A stretch of 64,000 bases of DNA from Gammaproteobacteria bacterium (GCA_965238225.1 OZ250183.1:1504001-1568000); one strand, 5' to 3'; counted from the first letter of the stretch, positions 35,401-45,556 are shown. The notes: a model not told the origin generated them from the letters alone. A program made the numbers and translations.

Positions 35401-36364
35401 CGCTGAAGACATCCGTGGCGATATCTATCTAAACCGTTTTTTTGATAAAAATCCTGTCAATATAAATCTTAAAAAATTAATACTTGCCAAAAATGAAACT
35501 GTAGATACAGGCAAAGAAAAAAAATATAAAATTATTCCTAGCACTATACCTCCGCTTAATGTTGAAATATCAGAACTAATCTACAACAATATGGAATTGG
35601 GACAATTGAAGCTTATTACATCAAAAAGCAACAACGGCCTTTCAGTTGACAACATAAATTTTAATAAGGCAGGTATGGTCATTAATGGTTCAGGTGTCTG
35701 GAATATGATTAATAACGAGCACTACTCAAAATTTAACTTATCGCTCAATGCTAAATCAATGAAAACCATGTTAGAAACATTTAATTATAATATTACAGCA
35801 ATTGAAAAAGGTAAGACGAATCTATCGCTTGATACAAAATGGCAAGGAACACCAGTAGATTTCTCTCTGGATAATCTTAATGGAACTTTGAACATGAAGA
35901 TAAAAGACGGGCAATTTACAGATCTTGATCCATCTGTGGGCAGACTATTTGGGCTATTAAGCCTACAGGCCTTGCCAAAAAGACTTTCTCTTGATTTTGC
36001 TGATCTGTTCAAAAAAGGCTTTGCTTTTGATGATATTGCGGGAGACTTTGATTTAGAAAATGGCAATGCTTACACCGGTAATCTATCTATGACAGGATCA
36101 TCAGCAAATATCGATATCTCAGGCAGGATAGGGCTTGCACACCAAGACTATGATCAGATAGCTACAGTCACACCAAAGATAACAGACAGCTTGCCTGCTG
36201 CCAGCGCCTTATTTGGGCCTGTTGGTATTGGCATTGGCACAGCGATATTCATGATAAGTGAGATGTTTAACTCATTACCAGACAAAATTGACACCTTGCT
36301 ACACAAACAATACAGCATCACTGGTGCGTGGGATGATCCGCAAATAATAGAAATAAAACAATAA
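32471..36364 (+). CDS. yhdP: YhdP / AsmA-like envelope lipid-transport protein
   Basis: 1297 aa with N-terminal TM and RL.LP; C-terminal GRLFGLLSLQALPKRLSLDF and Y.ITGAWDDP; follows rng. Confidence 0.9.
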   Translation: MLKNIFKHFYRFFLYSLAFVILISAILITVIRLTLPRADNYRQQAQDWISQYMNYPVEISKIGADWDSWILNLHLHNVNILYPVTNEQILNIKSILIGIDIFESLYKNEIVPKSIVISGVSLTLIRQQDGSIITSRYLHNELTNKQGGDNILAKWFLAQKNILIKETQLTLLDLNKSDEPLLLPDVTLRIANNSQRTQIEGLAILSTPNKNILNFSLDVSGDVLASNWSGKMYLQGKNINISPLMSIIKDIDIKEHEGTADIKLWGAWNQAKLHRLEGYINLKNLKLANDQSDIYINQLSGNFLAVRGAREELELVFNIEDMVTPNGVWSESVISLKKIYDDEHGKYRYIASANYLNLDDIDYFRKTVLNLSDGFLPINISGLTGHMRNVVAKYNPTIESSKQIYMEYEFSQLGGKINDSPFNIMGLSGHMKGTRNQGNIRLASDVSKFETGKLFTHPLIFYELNTELDWHSQNKFLIINTSLLDTHTKDFNIQLKGELKFEQNRKLPFVNTLIELSDIEINKIAKHLPSTIPEDIASWLNNSLVTGNIPSAKFVFRGWLEDYPFKKNEGIFKGLVTVNQATLDYNKEWPPINRMDAELTVNGDILTIDASSGDLYGTKITRISAVIEDLSAKDIQSSVFIDGHIGGDMKDGLLFIKNSPLHENKSLEKLQTNNIFGELDLNLSLDIPLSSGEILVDGTIFLHDVLLKLKKMDIKLSKLNGSIDFTHNSISAEAIKAQYFKHPVELTIENNYDSSIITTLSGSADKHFISSQLIHYFPSIEHLQSEIEKRIFGSCLWEASITHANPNNVDGNLNSSKKLIISSALDGLSIDLPSPLSKSLDSKPLKLSIDFLDKNRRKINIEYSNIFDGIIDIKKINNENYITTSLSFGSEAVLREEDNQFSVTGNIEHLIIDEWFDLIPDNISPDDLRKEKLKPKGKPVSVNIQVDSLQFMNQNFTDLNIKLNNRETDSIYHLNINAEDIRGDIYLNRFFDKNPVNINLKKLILAKNETVDTGKEKKYKIIPSTIPPLNVEISELIYNNMELGQLKLITSKSNNGLSVDNINFNKAGMVINGSGVWNMINNEHYSKFNLSLNAKSMKTMLETFNYNITAIEKGKTNLSLDTKWQGTPVDFSLDNLNGTLNMKIKDGQFTDLDPSVGRLFGLLSLQALPKRLSLDFADLFKKGFAFDDIAGDFDLENGNAYTGNLSMTGSSANIDISGRIGLAHQDYDQIATVTPKITDSLPAASALFGPVGIGIGTAIFMISEMFNSLPDKIDTLLHKQYSITGAWDDPQIIEIKQ

Positions 36365-36383
36365 AATACAGAGGCGGTTAATT

Positions 36384-36411
36384 TCTAACCAGAAAAGTCT
36401 AACCAGGAAAG
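36384..36411. repeat. Near-perfect 14-bp tandem duplication
   Basis: TCTAACCAGAAAAG / TCTAACCAGGAAAG between the convergent yhdP and mrpB ends. Confidence 0.85.
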
Positions 36412-36416
36412 ATTGT

Positions 36417-36827
36417 TCAAGGGTAAGCAAAAACAAAGAAAATCATCATCATTACAGCAGAAACTGTAAGCCCCACCCCAAATTCAATAACCAAGATACC
36501 CAAACGCTGACCGCTGACCGGATCTGATGCTAAAACACTGTAATCAAGGAAATTACCTCCTAATATTAGCGCTGCAACACCTACAGCGATGTAAAGCAAT
36601 AATCCCAGAGCAGAGATAACATGTAATAAATTAAAAGAAAAAGCATTTAGAGCATTTTCAACCCCAAAGATGAGACTATACAAAATAAATGCTGATGCAA
36701 AAATTACTCCAGCCTGAAACCCCCCGCCTGGTCCATAATCTCCGTGAAATTGAACATAAAATGCAAAGATTAAAATCAAGGGAATCAATATTTTTGCAAC
36801 AACTCTCAGTATCAAATGGTGTTCCAT
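36417..36827 (-). CDS. mrpB: Na+/H+ antiporter subunit B (MrpB/MnhB)
   Basis: YVQFHGDYGPGGGFQAG motif; hydrophobic TM protein. Confidence 0.88.
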   Translation of the reverse strand: MEHHLILRVVAKILIPLILIFAFYVQFHGDYGPGGGFQAGVIFASAFILYSLIFGVENALNAFSFNLLHVISALGLLLYIAVGVAALILGGNFLDYSVLASDPVSGQRLGILVIEFGVGLTVSAVMMMIFFVFAYP

Positions 36828-36842
36828 ATTATGTACTACCCC

Positions 36843-37385
36843 TTATGGTTCTTTTTTATATGACTTGATACGATTTCTAAGCCCTCGACCTAACAACATC
36901 AAAACGGCTATGCCTGCTGTAAAAATAACGGTCACCTCTCCCATCGTATCATAGCCTCGGTAGCTGGCTAGAATTGACGTTACCATATTTGGAATGCCAA
37001 TCTCCACAGGAGATTGATTAATATAACGATCAGATAAATATTGATGTACAGGTGCCGAACTGTCACCAAATTTTGGAATATCTGAAATTCCGAACATCAA
37101 GACAACCCCTGTTAGTATTACAACAAAAAATGCGGGAAGAGAGATTTTGCTGCCTGAGTCTCCATGGCTATTTGTCAAAGTAATGGTATTGAAAAACAGT
37201 AAGGTCGCCATACCTCCGCCGACAACAGCCTCAGTAAATGCAACATCAACAGCATCCATACTTACGTACAAGCCAGCAGCAAGCAGGCTGAACATTCCGG
37301 TCAATATGGCAGCTGCAAATAAACTGTCTAGGCGGACAATGGCTATCCCCAATACAACCAAAAGGGCAAGCAATGAAATATTCAC
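36843..37385 (-). CDS. Mrp antiporter DUF4040/MrpB-related subunit
   Basis: A.DVAFTEA.VG.G and NMVTSILASYRGYDTMGE motifs. Confidence 0.85.
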   Translation of the reverse strand: MNISLLALLVVLGIAIVRLDSLFAAAILTGMFSLLAAGLYVSMDAVDVAFTEAVVGGGMATLLFFNTITLTNSHGDSGSKISLPAFFVVILTGVVLMFGISDIPKFGDSSAPVHQYLSDRYINQSPVEIGIPNMVTSILASYRGYDTMGEVTVIFTAGIAVLMLLGRGLRNRIKSYKKEP

Positions 37386-37399
37386 AAATGCTTCGATGT

Positions 37400-37717
37400 C
37401 TAGTCGTCTCCTGAATAATCTAATAATGGTTTAACTTTGCCATGAAGCGCAGCCTTGGCTATGGCATGGGTCGCTGTGGGAGAAGTGAACATAATAAATA
37501 TCACAATTAAAAATAGTTTCACCGCGACAATGCTCAAACCCGCCTGCAACATAAGTCCAAACATAATGAGAATACATCCAAGTGTATCTACAACACTGAC
37601 TGCATGTAACCGTGTAAAAAAATCAGGGAAACGTACAAGACCAATGGTTCCGATAATTAAAAAAATAGTGCCAGCCATTAAGCTTAGCCAACTAAAAAAA
37701 TTAACTAAAGCGATCAT
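37400..37717 (-). CDS. mrpG: Na+/H+ antiporter subunit G
   Basis: GLVRFPDFFTRLHA and SPTATHAIAKAA motifs. Confidence 0.92.
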   Translation of the reverse strand: MIALVNFFSWLSLMAGTIFLIIGTIGLVRFPDFFTRLHAVSVVDTLGCILIMFGLMLQAGLSIVAVKLFLIVIFIMFTSPTATHAIAKAALHGKVKPLLDYSGDD

Positions 37718-38001
37718 AGCTCACTATCCTGCTTACCAAAAGATCCTCTGCCCATGCTCCCATACTCAAAGAGTTTAAACGCGGCGATTGTAATAATGAA
37801 ATTTATTAATGCATATGCCAATGCAATATCAAGAAATCCTGGACGTTCAGTCAAAAAACCGAATATCGCAATAAACAAAACAGTGATTGTTCCGAATGTG
37901 TTAACTGCCAATATTCGATCGTAAATGGTTGGCCCCAGTAAGGCTCTGCCTAATACAATCAGCATAGCAACTAAAATCGCAATAGTGGTTACAATAAACA
38001 T
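37714..38001 (-). CDS. mrpF: Na+/H+ antiporter subunit F
   Basis: GPTIYDRILA and DIALAYALINF motifs. Confidence 0.92.
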   Translation of the reverse strand: MFIVTTIAILVAMLIVLGRALLGPTIYDRILAVNTFGTITVLFIAIFGFLTERPGFLDIALAYALINFIITIAAFKLFEYGSMGRGSFGKQDSEL

Positions 38002-38004
38002 GTC

Positions 38005-38502
38005 TTATTCCTCCGTCCTGCTTACAAGCGCAGCGACTTTGTCGCTCATAGAGTTTTGCAATAACGACGTTGCCGCATCTTTGGTAATTGCATGGACTGT
38101 AGTAATGTCGCCATCGACACCAATGGCGACCGTCCCGGGTGTTAGCGTAATCGAATTGGCAAGTATTGCACGCGCCAGATCTGACGGCTGGTTACTGCGT
38201 AAGGAAATTATGGCAGGACTAATTGGCATAGCAGGATTAAGTATCAAACGGCAGACATAGATATTTGAAACAAATATCTCCTTCACAAACCAAGCCAAAT
38301 AAATAAGCAGCGCCCTTACATTTAGATACAATGGATAGCTTTCGTGATCGATTATATCCATGCGTAATGTAAGCCATATAACCAGTACCACAGAAAAAAA
38401 TCCCAACGACATGAGTAGCGGAGTATAATGGTTCGAGAGCAATATCCATAAAATAATAAGCAATATCCCCAAACTAACGGCATGTATATTTTTATTCTGC
38501 AT
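38005..38502 (-). CDS. mrpE: Na+/H+ antiporter subunit E
   Basis: LANSITLTPGT and TVHA motifs; ATG at 38502 preferred as start. Confidence 0.92.
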   Translation of the reverse strand: MQNKNIHAVSLGILLIILWILLSNHYTPLLMSLGFFSVVLVIWLTLRMDIIDHESYPLYLNVRALLIYLAWFVKEIFVSNIYVCRLILNPAMPISPAIISLRSNQPSDLARAILANSITLTPGTVAIGVDGDITTVHAITKDAATSLLQNSMSDKVAALVSRTEE

Positions 38503-38639
38503 TTTTTCAATTTTAATTAACTTTAAAGTAGTCGGAATTATAACTGCATTATACAAAAATGCTCCATAATCAATATTCAATAATTTTTATTAATCATATT
38601 TTTTACTGACTATGTATTGGAAGTTCGCGCATGTCTGCA

Positions 38640-38935
38640 GCAGAAAACTGCAAAATAGAGCCAAAATTGTTTTCTGCCTGAAGAAATACAGGTAATTACG
38701 ATTATACCCAGTAAGCCACTCGCCACATGAAAAAGGACAAATATCTAATTGATACTATAAGATTGAGATCATGAAAAAAGCAATCTTAAGCAAAATAAAG
38801 CCGGTGCATAGTCCAATGGTGACTCAGTATGTAAATGGCTTACTTTGGTATGATTGCCTTTCTAAGAAAAATGAACCACTGGATCTGCGCAATCATTTTT
38901 ACCGGAAGGACATGCTACGTCCTAATAATAAATAA
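38640..38935 (+). pseudogene. Possible nudJ (NUDIX hydrolase) relic upstream of mnmA
   Basis: Short ORF 38771-38935 reads HSPMVTQ...DCLSKKNEPLDLRNHF, which resembles the NudJ C-terminus as I recall it; nudJ usually precedes mnmA. Confidence 0.3.
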
Positions 38936-38937
38936 TC

Positions 38938-40023
38938 GTGTCTAAAGGAAAAATTGTTGTTGCTGTCTCCGGTGGAGTTGATTCTTCTGTTACTGCCCTA
39001 CTCCTCAAAGAACAAGGCTATGACATCGAAGGACTGTTCATGAAGAATTGGGATGAAAAATTACCAGGCGGCGAATGCATTTGGGAAGCTGATGTTGAAG
39101 ATGCCATGCAATGCTGTGAGAAACTTGGTATTCCCATGAATACAGTCGATCTTACCAACGATTATTGGGATAAAGTATTTAGTAACTTTCTGGAAGAATT
39201 GAGATGTGGCCGAACGCCTAATCCTGATGTCCTTTGCAATCAGGATATCAAGTTCAGCACATTTTTAACACATGCCGTCCACTTAGGCGCCGAAAAGATT
39301 GCCACCGGGCATTATGCACGCATCACGAAGGTAAATGGCCACTTTCAATTAAAAAAAGGACTGGATAACAATAAAGACCAAAGTTATTTCTTATGTCGGC
39401 TTAAGCAGAAACAATTGAGTCTTAGCCTATTTCCTATCGGTGAATTTGAAAAACATGAAGTACGAGAACGCGCAAAAAAAGCAGGGTTTAAAACATATAA
39501 CAAAAAAGACAGCACTGGTATCTGTTTTGTTGGAGAACGCCCTTTCAAGACATTCCTCTCACGTTATATCCCCAAACAAACAGGTCAAATACAGATACCT
39601 AATGGCAAGGTCATTGGGCAGCACAACGGTGTTTTCTACTACACACTGGGGCAACGACAAGGACTCGGTATTGGCGGTGTACAAGGCGCAAACGACGCAC
39701 CTTGGTATATCTATAAAAAGGATATTGATAACAATATTCTATTTGTCGTGCAAGGCCATGACCATGAACTACTCTACAGTCACAAATTAACTGCAATAGA
39801 CATCAATTGGGTCAGTGGTTTTGTGCCCAATATGCCATTAAAATGCGTTGCCAAGATACGTTACCGCCAGGCTGACCAGCCTTGTACGATAACGCATATT
39901 GAAAATGACAGCTATTTAGTCACTTTCAAAGATGCTCAATTTGCAGTGACACCAGGGCAATTTGTGGTGTTTTACGATGTGGATACCTGCCTAGGAGGAG
40001 GCATCATAGATAATGCTGATTAA
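38938..40023 (+). CDS. mnmA: tRNA-specific 2-thiouridylase
   Basis: SGGVDSS, TPNPDVLCN, ATGHY, KDQSYFL and DSTGICF motifs. Confidence 0.97.
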   Translation: MSKGKIVVAVSGGVDSSVTALLLKEQGYDIEGLFMKNWDEKLPGGECIWEADVEDAMQCCEKLGIPMNTVDLTNDYWDKVFSNFLEELRCGRTPNPDVLCNQDIKFSTFLTHAVHLGAEKIATGHYARITKVNGHFQLKKGLDNNKDQSYFLCRLKQKQLSLSLFPIGEFEKHEVRERAKKAGFKTYNKKDSTGICFVGERPFKTFLSRYIPKQTGQIQIPNGKVIGQHNGVFYYTLGQRQGLGIGGVQGANDAPWYIYKKDIDNNILFVVQGHDHELLYSHKLTAIDINWVSGFVPNMPLKCVAKIRYRQADQPCTITHIENDSYLVTFKDAQFAVTPGQFVVFYDVDTCLGGGIIDNAD

Positions 40024-40286
40024 AAACTATTAAATAACGTTATTTTCTTCTAAATATCGTTAATTTATTTTTATTGTTGTTAATTGCTGGCATAATCATC
40101 TAAGCTCTGTTTTTGTATATTTTACAGCACAATCTAAGCATTTCTTGTACAATCCCCAGTTCATGTTTTAAACAAGACCCTCAGCAAACTAGGTCGAAAA
40201 TATCAGAATTTTTGCTCTAGGCTTTAAAATGGCTAGGATATTCAAGAATAATCACATTATCTATTAAGGCTAGGAGATAACAAACA

Positions 40287-42902
40287 ATGCTTGAAGCATA
40301 CCGTAAACATGTAGCCCAAAGAGCCGCAGAAGGTCTTGTGCCAAAACCGCTTAATGAGGAACAAACAGCTGCTTTAGTCAAGCTTTTGAAAAAACCTCCT
40401 GCTGGAGAAGAAAAATTTCTCATAGATCTTATCACCAATCGTGTGCCTGCAGGTGTCGATCAAGCTGCTTATGTTAAAGCCGGGTTTCTAGCTGCCATAA
40501 GCCGCGGCGAGGCAGAATCTCCACTTATTAACAAAGTAAAAGCAATAGAACTCTTAGGCACCATGTTGGGTGGTTATAACATCGACCCCATGATTGATGC
40601 GCTCAACAACGAAGCCCTCGCACCGACAGCAGTCAATGCCCTGTCACATACCTTGTTGATGTTTGACGCATTCTACGATGTTAAGGAAAAAATGGATGCA
40701 GGGAACCAATACGCCAGACAAATTATAGAATCCTGGGCGAAAGGCGAATGGTTTGCCGACAAGCCTGAGTTAGCCAAAAAGATTACTGTAACTGTATTTA
40801 AAGTTACCGGCGAAACCAATACTGATGATCTATCTCCTGCGCCGGATGCTTGGTCACGTCCTGATATCCCGTTGCACGCACAAGCTATGCTAAAGATGAA
40901 ACGTGACAACATAAAACCTGACAAGCTGGGCAATATTGGTCCAATTAAACAAATAGAGGCATTAAAAGAAAAAGGTCATCCGCTTGCTTATGTCGGTGAT
41001 GTTGTAGGTACTGGCTCGTCACGTAAGTCAGCAACCAATTCAGTTTTATGGCATATGGGAAATGACATTCCCTTTATTCCGAACAAACGTAGTGGTAGCT
41101 ATTGTCTCGGCAGTAAGATTGCGCCAATATTTTTTAATACCATGGAAGACTCAGGCGCACTGCCCATAGAGTGTGATGTCACAAAAATGAACATGGGAGA
41201 TATCATTGATATCTATCCCTATGAAGGTATCATCAAAAGCAATGCTCAGGACGAAATACTCTGTGAGTTTTCACTTAAGACTAATGTTTTAGTGGACGAA
41301 TTCCGAGCGGGAGGTCGTATCCCTCTAATTGTCGGGCGCGGACTGACGGCACGTGCGCGTACAACATTGTCAATGGGCGAAACCGATCTATTTCGCAAAC
41401 CTACACCAGTAAAAGGCTTAAAGAAAGGCTTTACTCTGGCTCAGAAAATTGTCGGCAAAGCCTGTGGTGTGGAAGGTATTCATCCTGGCACCTATTGTGA
41501 ACCTAGGATGACAACTGTTGGCTCACAAGATACCACAGGGCTAATGACACGAGACGAACTAAAAGACCTTGCCTGCCTTGGTTTTTCCGCTGACCTAACG
41601 ATGCAGTCTTTCTGTCATACGGCGGCCTACCCAAAACCAATCGATGAAATAACACATCGCACGCTGCCTGATTTTATCATAACTCGTGGCGGCGTTTCCT
41701 TGCGCCCGGGCGATGGGATTATTCATTCTTGGCTCAACCGTATGTTATTGCCCGATACCGTCGGTACTGGCGGCGATTCACATACGCGCTTTCCAATTGG
41801 TATTTCATTTCCGGCAGGTTCAGGTCTGGTGGCCTTTGCCGCTGCAACTGGCATCATGCCACTGGACATGCCAGAATCCGTCTTGGTACGTTTCAAAGGT
41901 GAATTACAGCCCGGCATTACCTTGCGCGATCTGGTCAATGCCATACCATTAGCAGCAATCAAAAGGAATCTGCTTACTCTTGAAAAAAAGGGCAAGGTTA
42001 ACGTGTTTTCTGGACGCATTCTTGAGATTGAAGGTCTGCCTCACCTAAAAATTGAACAAGCATTCGAACTGTCCGATGCATCTGCTGAACGTTCTGCAAC
42101 AGGTTGTACCATTAAACTAGATAAGCAACCCATCATTGAATATCTAAATTCTAATATCACCATGTTACGCTGGATGATCACCAATGGTTATGAGAACTCA
42201 CGCACACTAGAACGCCGGGCACTGGCCATGGAAGAATGGATCAAGAATCCACAGCTAATGGAAGCAGACGAAAATGCTGAATATGCTGAAATTATTGATA
42301 TTGATATATCAGAGATCAAAGAGCCGATTCTTGCATGTCCTAACGATCCAGATGATGTTAAAACATTGGCTGACATCGCTGGTGTGAAAATTGACGAAGT
42401 CTTCCTTGGCTCATGTATGACCAACATTGGTCACTTTCGTGCCGCAGGCAAACTACTTGAACAGTATGGGGGGAAAATACCTACTAGGCTATGGGTTGCG
42501 CCCCCGACCAAGATGGACGAAAAACAACTGATCAACGAGGGTTATTACGACATCTATAACGCTGCAGGTGCCAGAACTGAGATACCTGGTTGCTCTTTAT
42601 GTATGGGCAACCAAGCGCGTGTTGAAGCACAATCGACAGTAGTTTCAACTTCAACACGTAATTTCCCGAATCGTCTGGGGGATGGTGCCAACGTTTATTT
42701 ATCTTCAGCAGAGATCGCTGCCGTGGTTTCAATCCTCGGTAAGATTCCAACTTATGAAGAATACATGAAGTTTGTCGATAAAATTAATCCAATGGCCGAT
42801 GATATCTATCGTTACCTGAATTTCGATCAAGTTGATGATTACCAGGAAGCGGCTTCCAAGGCAGCAAGCAAGCTTGCCGAAATCCCAGTGAAAGTAGCCT
42901 GA
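40287..42902 (+). CDS. acnB: Aconitate hydratase B
   Basis: [14 protein letters not shown] start, [15 protein letters not shown] and [10 protein letters not shown] motifs. Confidence 0.98.
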   Translation: MLEAYRKHVAQRAAEGLVPKPLNEEQTAALVKLLKKPPAGEEKFLIDLITNRVPAGVDQAAYVKAGFLAAISRGEAESPLINKVKAIELLGTMLGGYNIDPMIDALNNEALAPTAVNALSHTLLMFDAFYDVKEKMDAGNQYARQIIESWAKGEWFADKPELAKKITVTVFKVTGETNTDDLSPAPDAWSRPDIPLHAQAMLKMKRDNIKPDKLGNIGPIKQIEALKEKGHPLAYVGDVVGTGSSRKSATNSVLWHMGNDIPFIPNKRSGSYCLGSKIAPIFFNTMEDSGALPIECDVTKMNMGDIIDIYPYEGIIKSNAQDEILCEFSLKTNVLVDEFRAGGRIPLIVGRGLTARARTTLSMGETDLFRKPTPVKGLKKGFTLAQKIVGKACGVEGIHPGTYCEPRMTTVGSQDTTGLMTRDELKDLACLGFSADLTMQSFCHTAAYPKPIDEITHRTLPDFIITRGGVSLRPGDGIIHSWLNRMLLPDTVGTGGDSHTRFPIGISFPAGSGLVAFAAATGIMPLDMPESVLVRFKGELQPGITLRDLVNAIPLAAIKRNLLTLEKKGKVNVFSGRILEIEGLPHLKIEQAFELSDASAERSATGCTIKLDKQPIIEYLNSNITMLRWMITNGYENSRTLERRALAMEEWIKNPQLMEADENAEYAEIIDIDISEIKEPILACPNDPDDVKTLADIAGVKIDEVFLGSCMTNIGHFRAAGKLLEQYGGKIPTRLWVAPPTKMDEKQLINEGYYDIYNAAGARTEIPGCSLCMGNQARVEAQSTVVSTSTRNFPNRLGDGANVYLSSAEIAAVVSILGKIPTYEEYMKFVDKINPMADDIYRYLNFDQVDDYQEAASKAASKLAEIPVKVA

Positions 42903-43076
42903 CACAAGGCAGCTGATAAGCAGCGCTACAAATTTAGTTAAGTGCAGCTTTTGATAACACAAGGATAATAATCGCAAGATTAATATGGAATAATTGCAAC
43001 TAATTTAAAAAATAGCTTATGCATTTTTTTAGCATGAATAAATAAGATTTTAGAGCATGTTTTGAGTTAAAAAACG

Positions 43077-43739
43077 ATGCAGAGAATCCTAGAACCCGAG
43101 CTCATGAATAATAAAGCGCAGGTGCTGGCTTACACCGAGGCTGACTTTAACGAACCTCATGATATGTTTATTCAAGCATTTAAAGATACCTTTCCAGAAA
43201 ACAAAATGAATGTTCATGTACTCGATATGGGCTGTGGGTCTGCTGACATTAGCATTCGTTTTGCTATAGCATACCCAAATTATAAAATAGATGGCTTAGA
43301 TGGCGCGCCCAAGATGCTGGCGCAAGGGAAGCTTGCCATTCAAAAAGCACAGTTGCAAAATAGAATACGTCTATTAGAAGGACTGTTGCCTGGCGCAGAT
43401 TTACCTCGTGATAACTATGATATAATTATTAGTAATAGTTTGTTACATCATCTGCACAATCCAGATGTCTTATGGAAAAGTATTAAGCAATTTGGTGTCT
43501 CCGGCAGCCAAATATTTATTATGGATCTGATGCGTCCTGAGACTGAAAAGATTGCTAAGACGTTTGTAGATTTATATGCAAATCATGAGCCACAAGTTTT
43601 GCAGGAGGATTTCTATAATTCTCTGTGTGCCGCATTTTTACCTGACGAAATTAAATCACAATTGGCTCTTGAAGGCTTGTCACATTTTGCAGTGGAAGTA
43701 TGCTCTGATCGGCATGTGCTCGTATTTGGAACACTATAA
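43077..43739 (+). CDS. Class I SAM-dependent methyltransferase
   Basis: R.LEPELM start, VLDMGCGSAD, SNSLLHH and MDLMRP motifs. Confidence 0.85.
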   Translation: MQRILEPELMNNKAQVLAYTEADFNEPHDMFIQAFKDTFPENKMNVHVLDMGCGSADISIRFAIAYPNYKIDGLDGAPKMLAQGKLAIQKAQLQNRIRLLEGLLPGADLPRDNYDIIISNSLLHHLHNPDVLWKSIKQFGVSGSQIFIMDLMRPETEKIAKTFVDLYANHEPQVLQEDFYNSLCAAFLPDEIKSQLALEGLSHFAVEVCSDRHVLVFGTL

Positions 43740-43836
43740 AATACAAGCAATTTCTGTGCTATTCATGTAATATATACACGATAATTGGTATCTTAATTTA
43801 GCTGGCAGACGGTCTCGTTGATCTTGGTTATTTTAA

Positions 43837-43888
43837 TATAATATTTCAAATAACATTCATTGGCGCAGGCTACAGCCTAAGCAATGAA
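43837..43888 (+). promoter_or_regulatory. Perfect -10 hexamer and 5' leader hairpin upstream of glnA
   Basis: TATAAT at 43837-43842; hairpin TTCATT..AGGC-TACA-GCCT..AATGAA at 43856-43888. Confidence 0.45.
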
Positions 43889-43944
43889 ATAACCACCGCC
43901 GCTTTCGTAAAGTTAAACAGTCCAGATATTGACGAGGAATAAAA

Positions 43945-45354
43945 ATGTCTAAAGAAAATGTAATGAAACTTATCAAAGACCATGAAATTAAGTTTGTTGA
44001 CCTGCGTTTTACCGACACGAAAGGCAAAGAACAACATGTCACCATCCCCACTTCTATTGTGGATGCTGATTTTTTTAATGACGGCAAGATGTTTGATGGG
44101 TCATCAATTGCCGGCTGGAAAGGCATTAACGAGTCTGACATGGTATTGATGCCTGAAGCAGAGACCGCGGTCATAGATCCTTTCTATGATGATGCAACGG
44201 TCAATATTCGTTGCGATGTTCTTGAACCTACAACAATGCAAGGTTACGAGCGTGATCCTCGCTCTTTGGCTAAGCGTGCAGAAACCTATCTACAATCTAC
44301 AGGTATCGCTGACACCGCGTACTTTGGTCCAGAACCAGAATTTTTTGTCTTTGACGATGTTCGTTGGTCAGACAATGTAAATAGTGCTTTCTATGAAGTT
44401 GATTCAGACGAAGGTTGTTGGAATAACGATACCATTACTGAAGGTCAGAATATTGGTCACCGTCCTAGCGTGAAAGGTGGTTATTTTCCTGTTCCTCCTG
44501 TTGATTCGCAACAGAATATACGCTCAGAGATGTGTACCATTTTAGAAGAAATGGGTGTGCCGGTTGAAGTGCATCACCACGAAGTAGCTACTGCTGGTCA
44601 GGCTGAAATCGGTACTCGATTTGATACATTATTAAAGCGTGCTGACAAGAATATGACACTGAAATATGTTGTACACAATGTTGCCCATGCCTATGGCAAG
44701 ACAGCAACTTTCATGCCTAAGCCACTGGTCGGTGACAATGGTAACGGTATGCACGTGCACCAATCACTGTTTAAAGACGGCAAAAATCTATTTGCAGGGG
44801 ATCAATATGGCGGTCTGTCTGAAACAGCTTTGCATTATATTGGTGGAATTTTTAAACATGCGCGCGCAATTAACGCCTTCTCAAATGCCAGCACTAATAG
44901 TTATAAACGTTTAGTTCCAGGCTTTGAAGCTCCAACATTACTGGCCTATTCGGCGCGGAACCGATCAGCCTCTATTCGCATCCCCTGGGACGCAAACCCT
45001 AAGGCTCGTAGAATTGAAGTGCGTTTCCCGGATTCATGTGGCAATCCTTATTTTACCTTTTCAGCATTAATAATGGCAGGTCTTGATGGCATCCAGAATA
45101 AGCTTGATCCTGGTCAAGCAATGGAACAGGATCTTTACAATCTAACCAGAGAAGAAGAAAGAAATATTCCAACTGTCGCACCTTCTTTAGATATAGCCTT
45201 GGATGCGCTGGATAATGATCGTGAATTTCTGACAGCAGGCGGTGTTTTTACGGACAATATGATTGATGGCTACATTGAATTAAAGATGGAAGAGGTCAGT
45301 CGTCTGCGCATGGCTACACATCCAGTGGAATTTGACCAGTATTACAGTTTATAA
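43945..45354 (+). CDS. glnA: Glutamine synthetase type I
   Basis: FDGSSI.GW..INESDM, HHHEVA, TFMPKP and NRSASIRIP motifs; adenylylation-region DLY. Confidence 0.98.
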   Translation: MSKENVMKLIKDHEIKFVDLRFTDTKGKEQHVTIPTSIVDADFFNDGKMFDGSSIAGWKGINESDMVLMPEAETAVIDPFYDDATVNIRCDVLEPTTMQGYERDPRSLAKRAETYLQSTGIADTAYFGPEPEFFVFDDVRWSDNVNSAFYEVDSDEGCWNNDTITEGQNIGHRPSVKGGYFPVPPVDSQQNIRSEMCTILEEMGVPVEVHHHEVATAGQAEIGTRFDTLLKRADKNMTLKYVVHNVAHAYGKTATFMPKPLVGDNGNGMHVHQSLFKDGKNLFAGDQYGGLSETALHYIGGIFKHARAINAFSNASTNSYKRLVPGFEAPTLLAYSARNRSASIRIPWDANPKARRIEVRFPDSCGNPYFTFSALIMAGLDGIQNKLDPGQAMEQDLYNLTREEERNIPTVAPSLDIALDALDNDREFLTAGGVFTDNMIDGYIELKMEEVSRLRMATHPVEFDQYYSL

Positions 45355-45472
45355 AATACGGCTTATTAGTATTCGATGGGAATCCACTGACTGGGATTTT
45401 GAGCAGGAAAACCCCAGCAATAAAGCTTATGCGATAACCCTATGAGTCGATCTTATGTCATACAGGGCAAAT

Positions 45473-45507
45473 AACCCGGAAAAATAATATAGAACTTTTC
45501 GGGTTTT
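45473..45507 (+). terminator. Probable terminator hairpin after glnA
   Basis: AACCCGGAAA...TTTTCGGGTT stem with one G-U pair and a short T run. Confidence 0.5.
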
Positions 45508-45522
45508 CATCACTCAAATCTA

Positions 45523-45551
45523 TTGAGGCGATGAATAATACGGGCTATATT
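45523..45551 (+). promoter_or_regulatory. Sigma70-like promoter of the DUF4124 gene (possibly leaderless)
   Basis: TTGAGG-17 bp-TATATT, with 5 nt between the -10 hexamer and the ATG at 45557. Confidence 0.5.
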
Positions 45552-45556
45552 GAATC

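Noticed and set aside
40240-40262. Fur-box-like sequence upstream of acnB
   Set aside because: Only a partial match to the 19-bp consensus in AT-rich DNA.
43786-43880. Sigma54 -24/-12 promoter for glnA
   Set aside because: The candidate TGG sites lack GC at the required spacing.
45462-45505. c-di-GMP-I riboswitch suggested by CAGGGCAAA
   Set aside because: The GAAA tetraloop stem and the following GACGCAAAG and P2 elements are absent.
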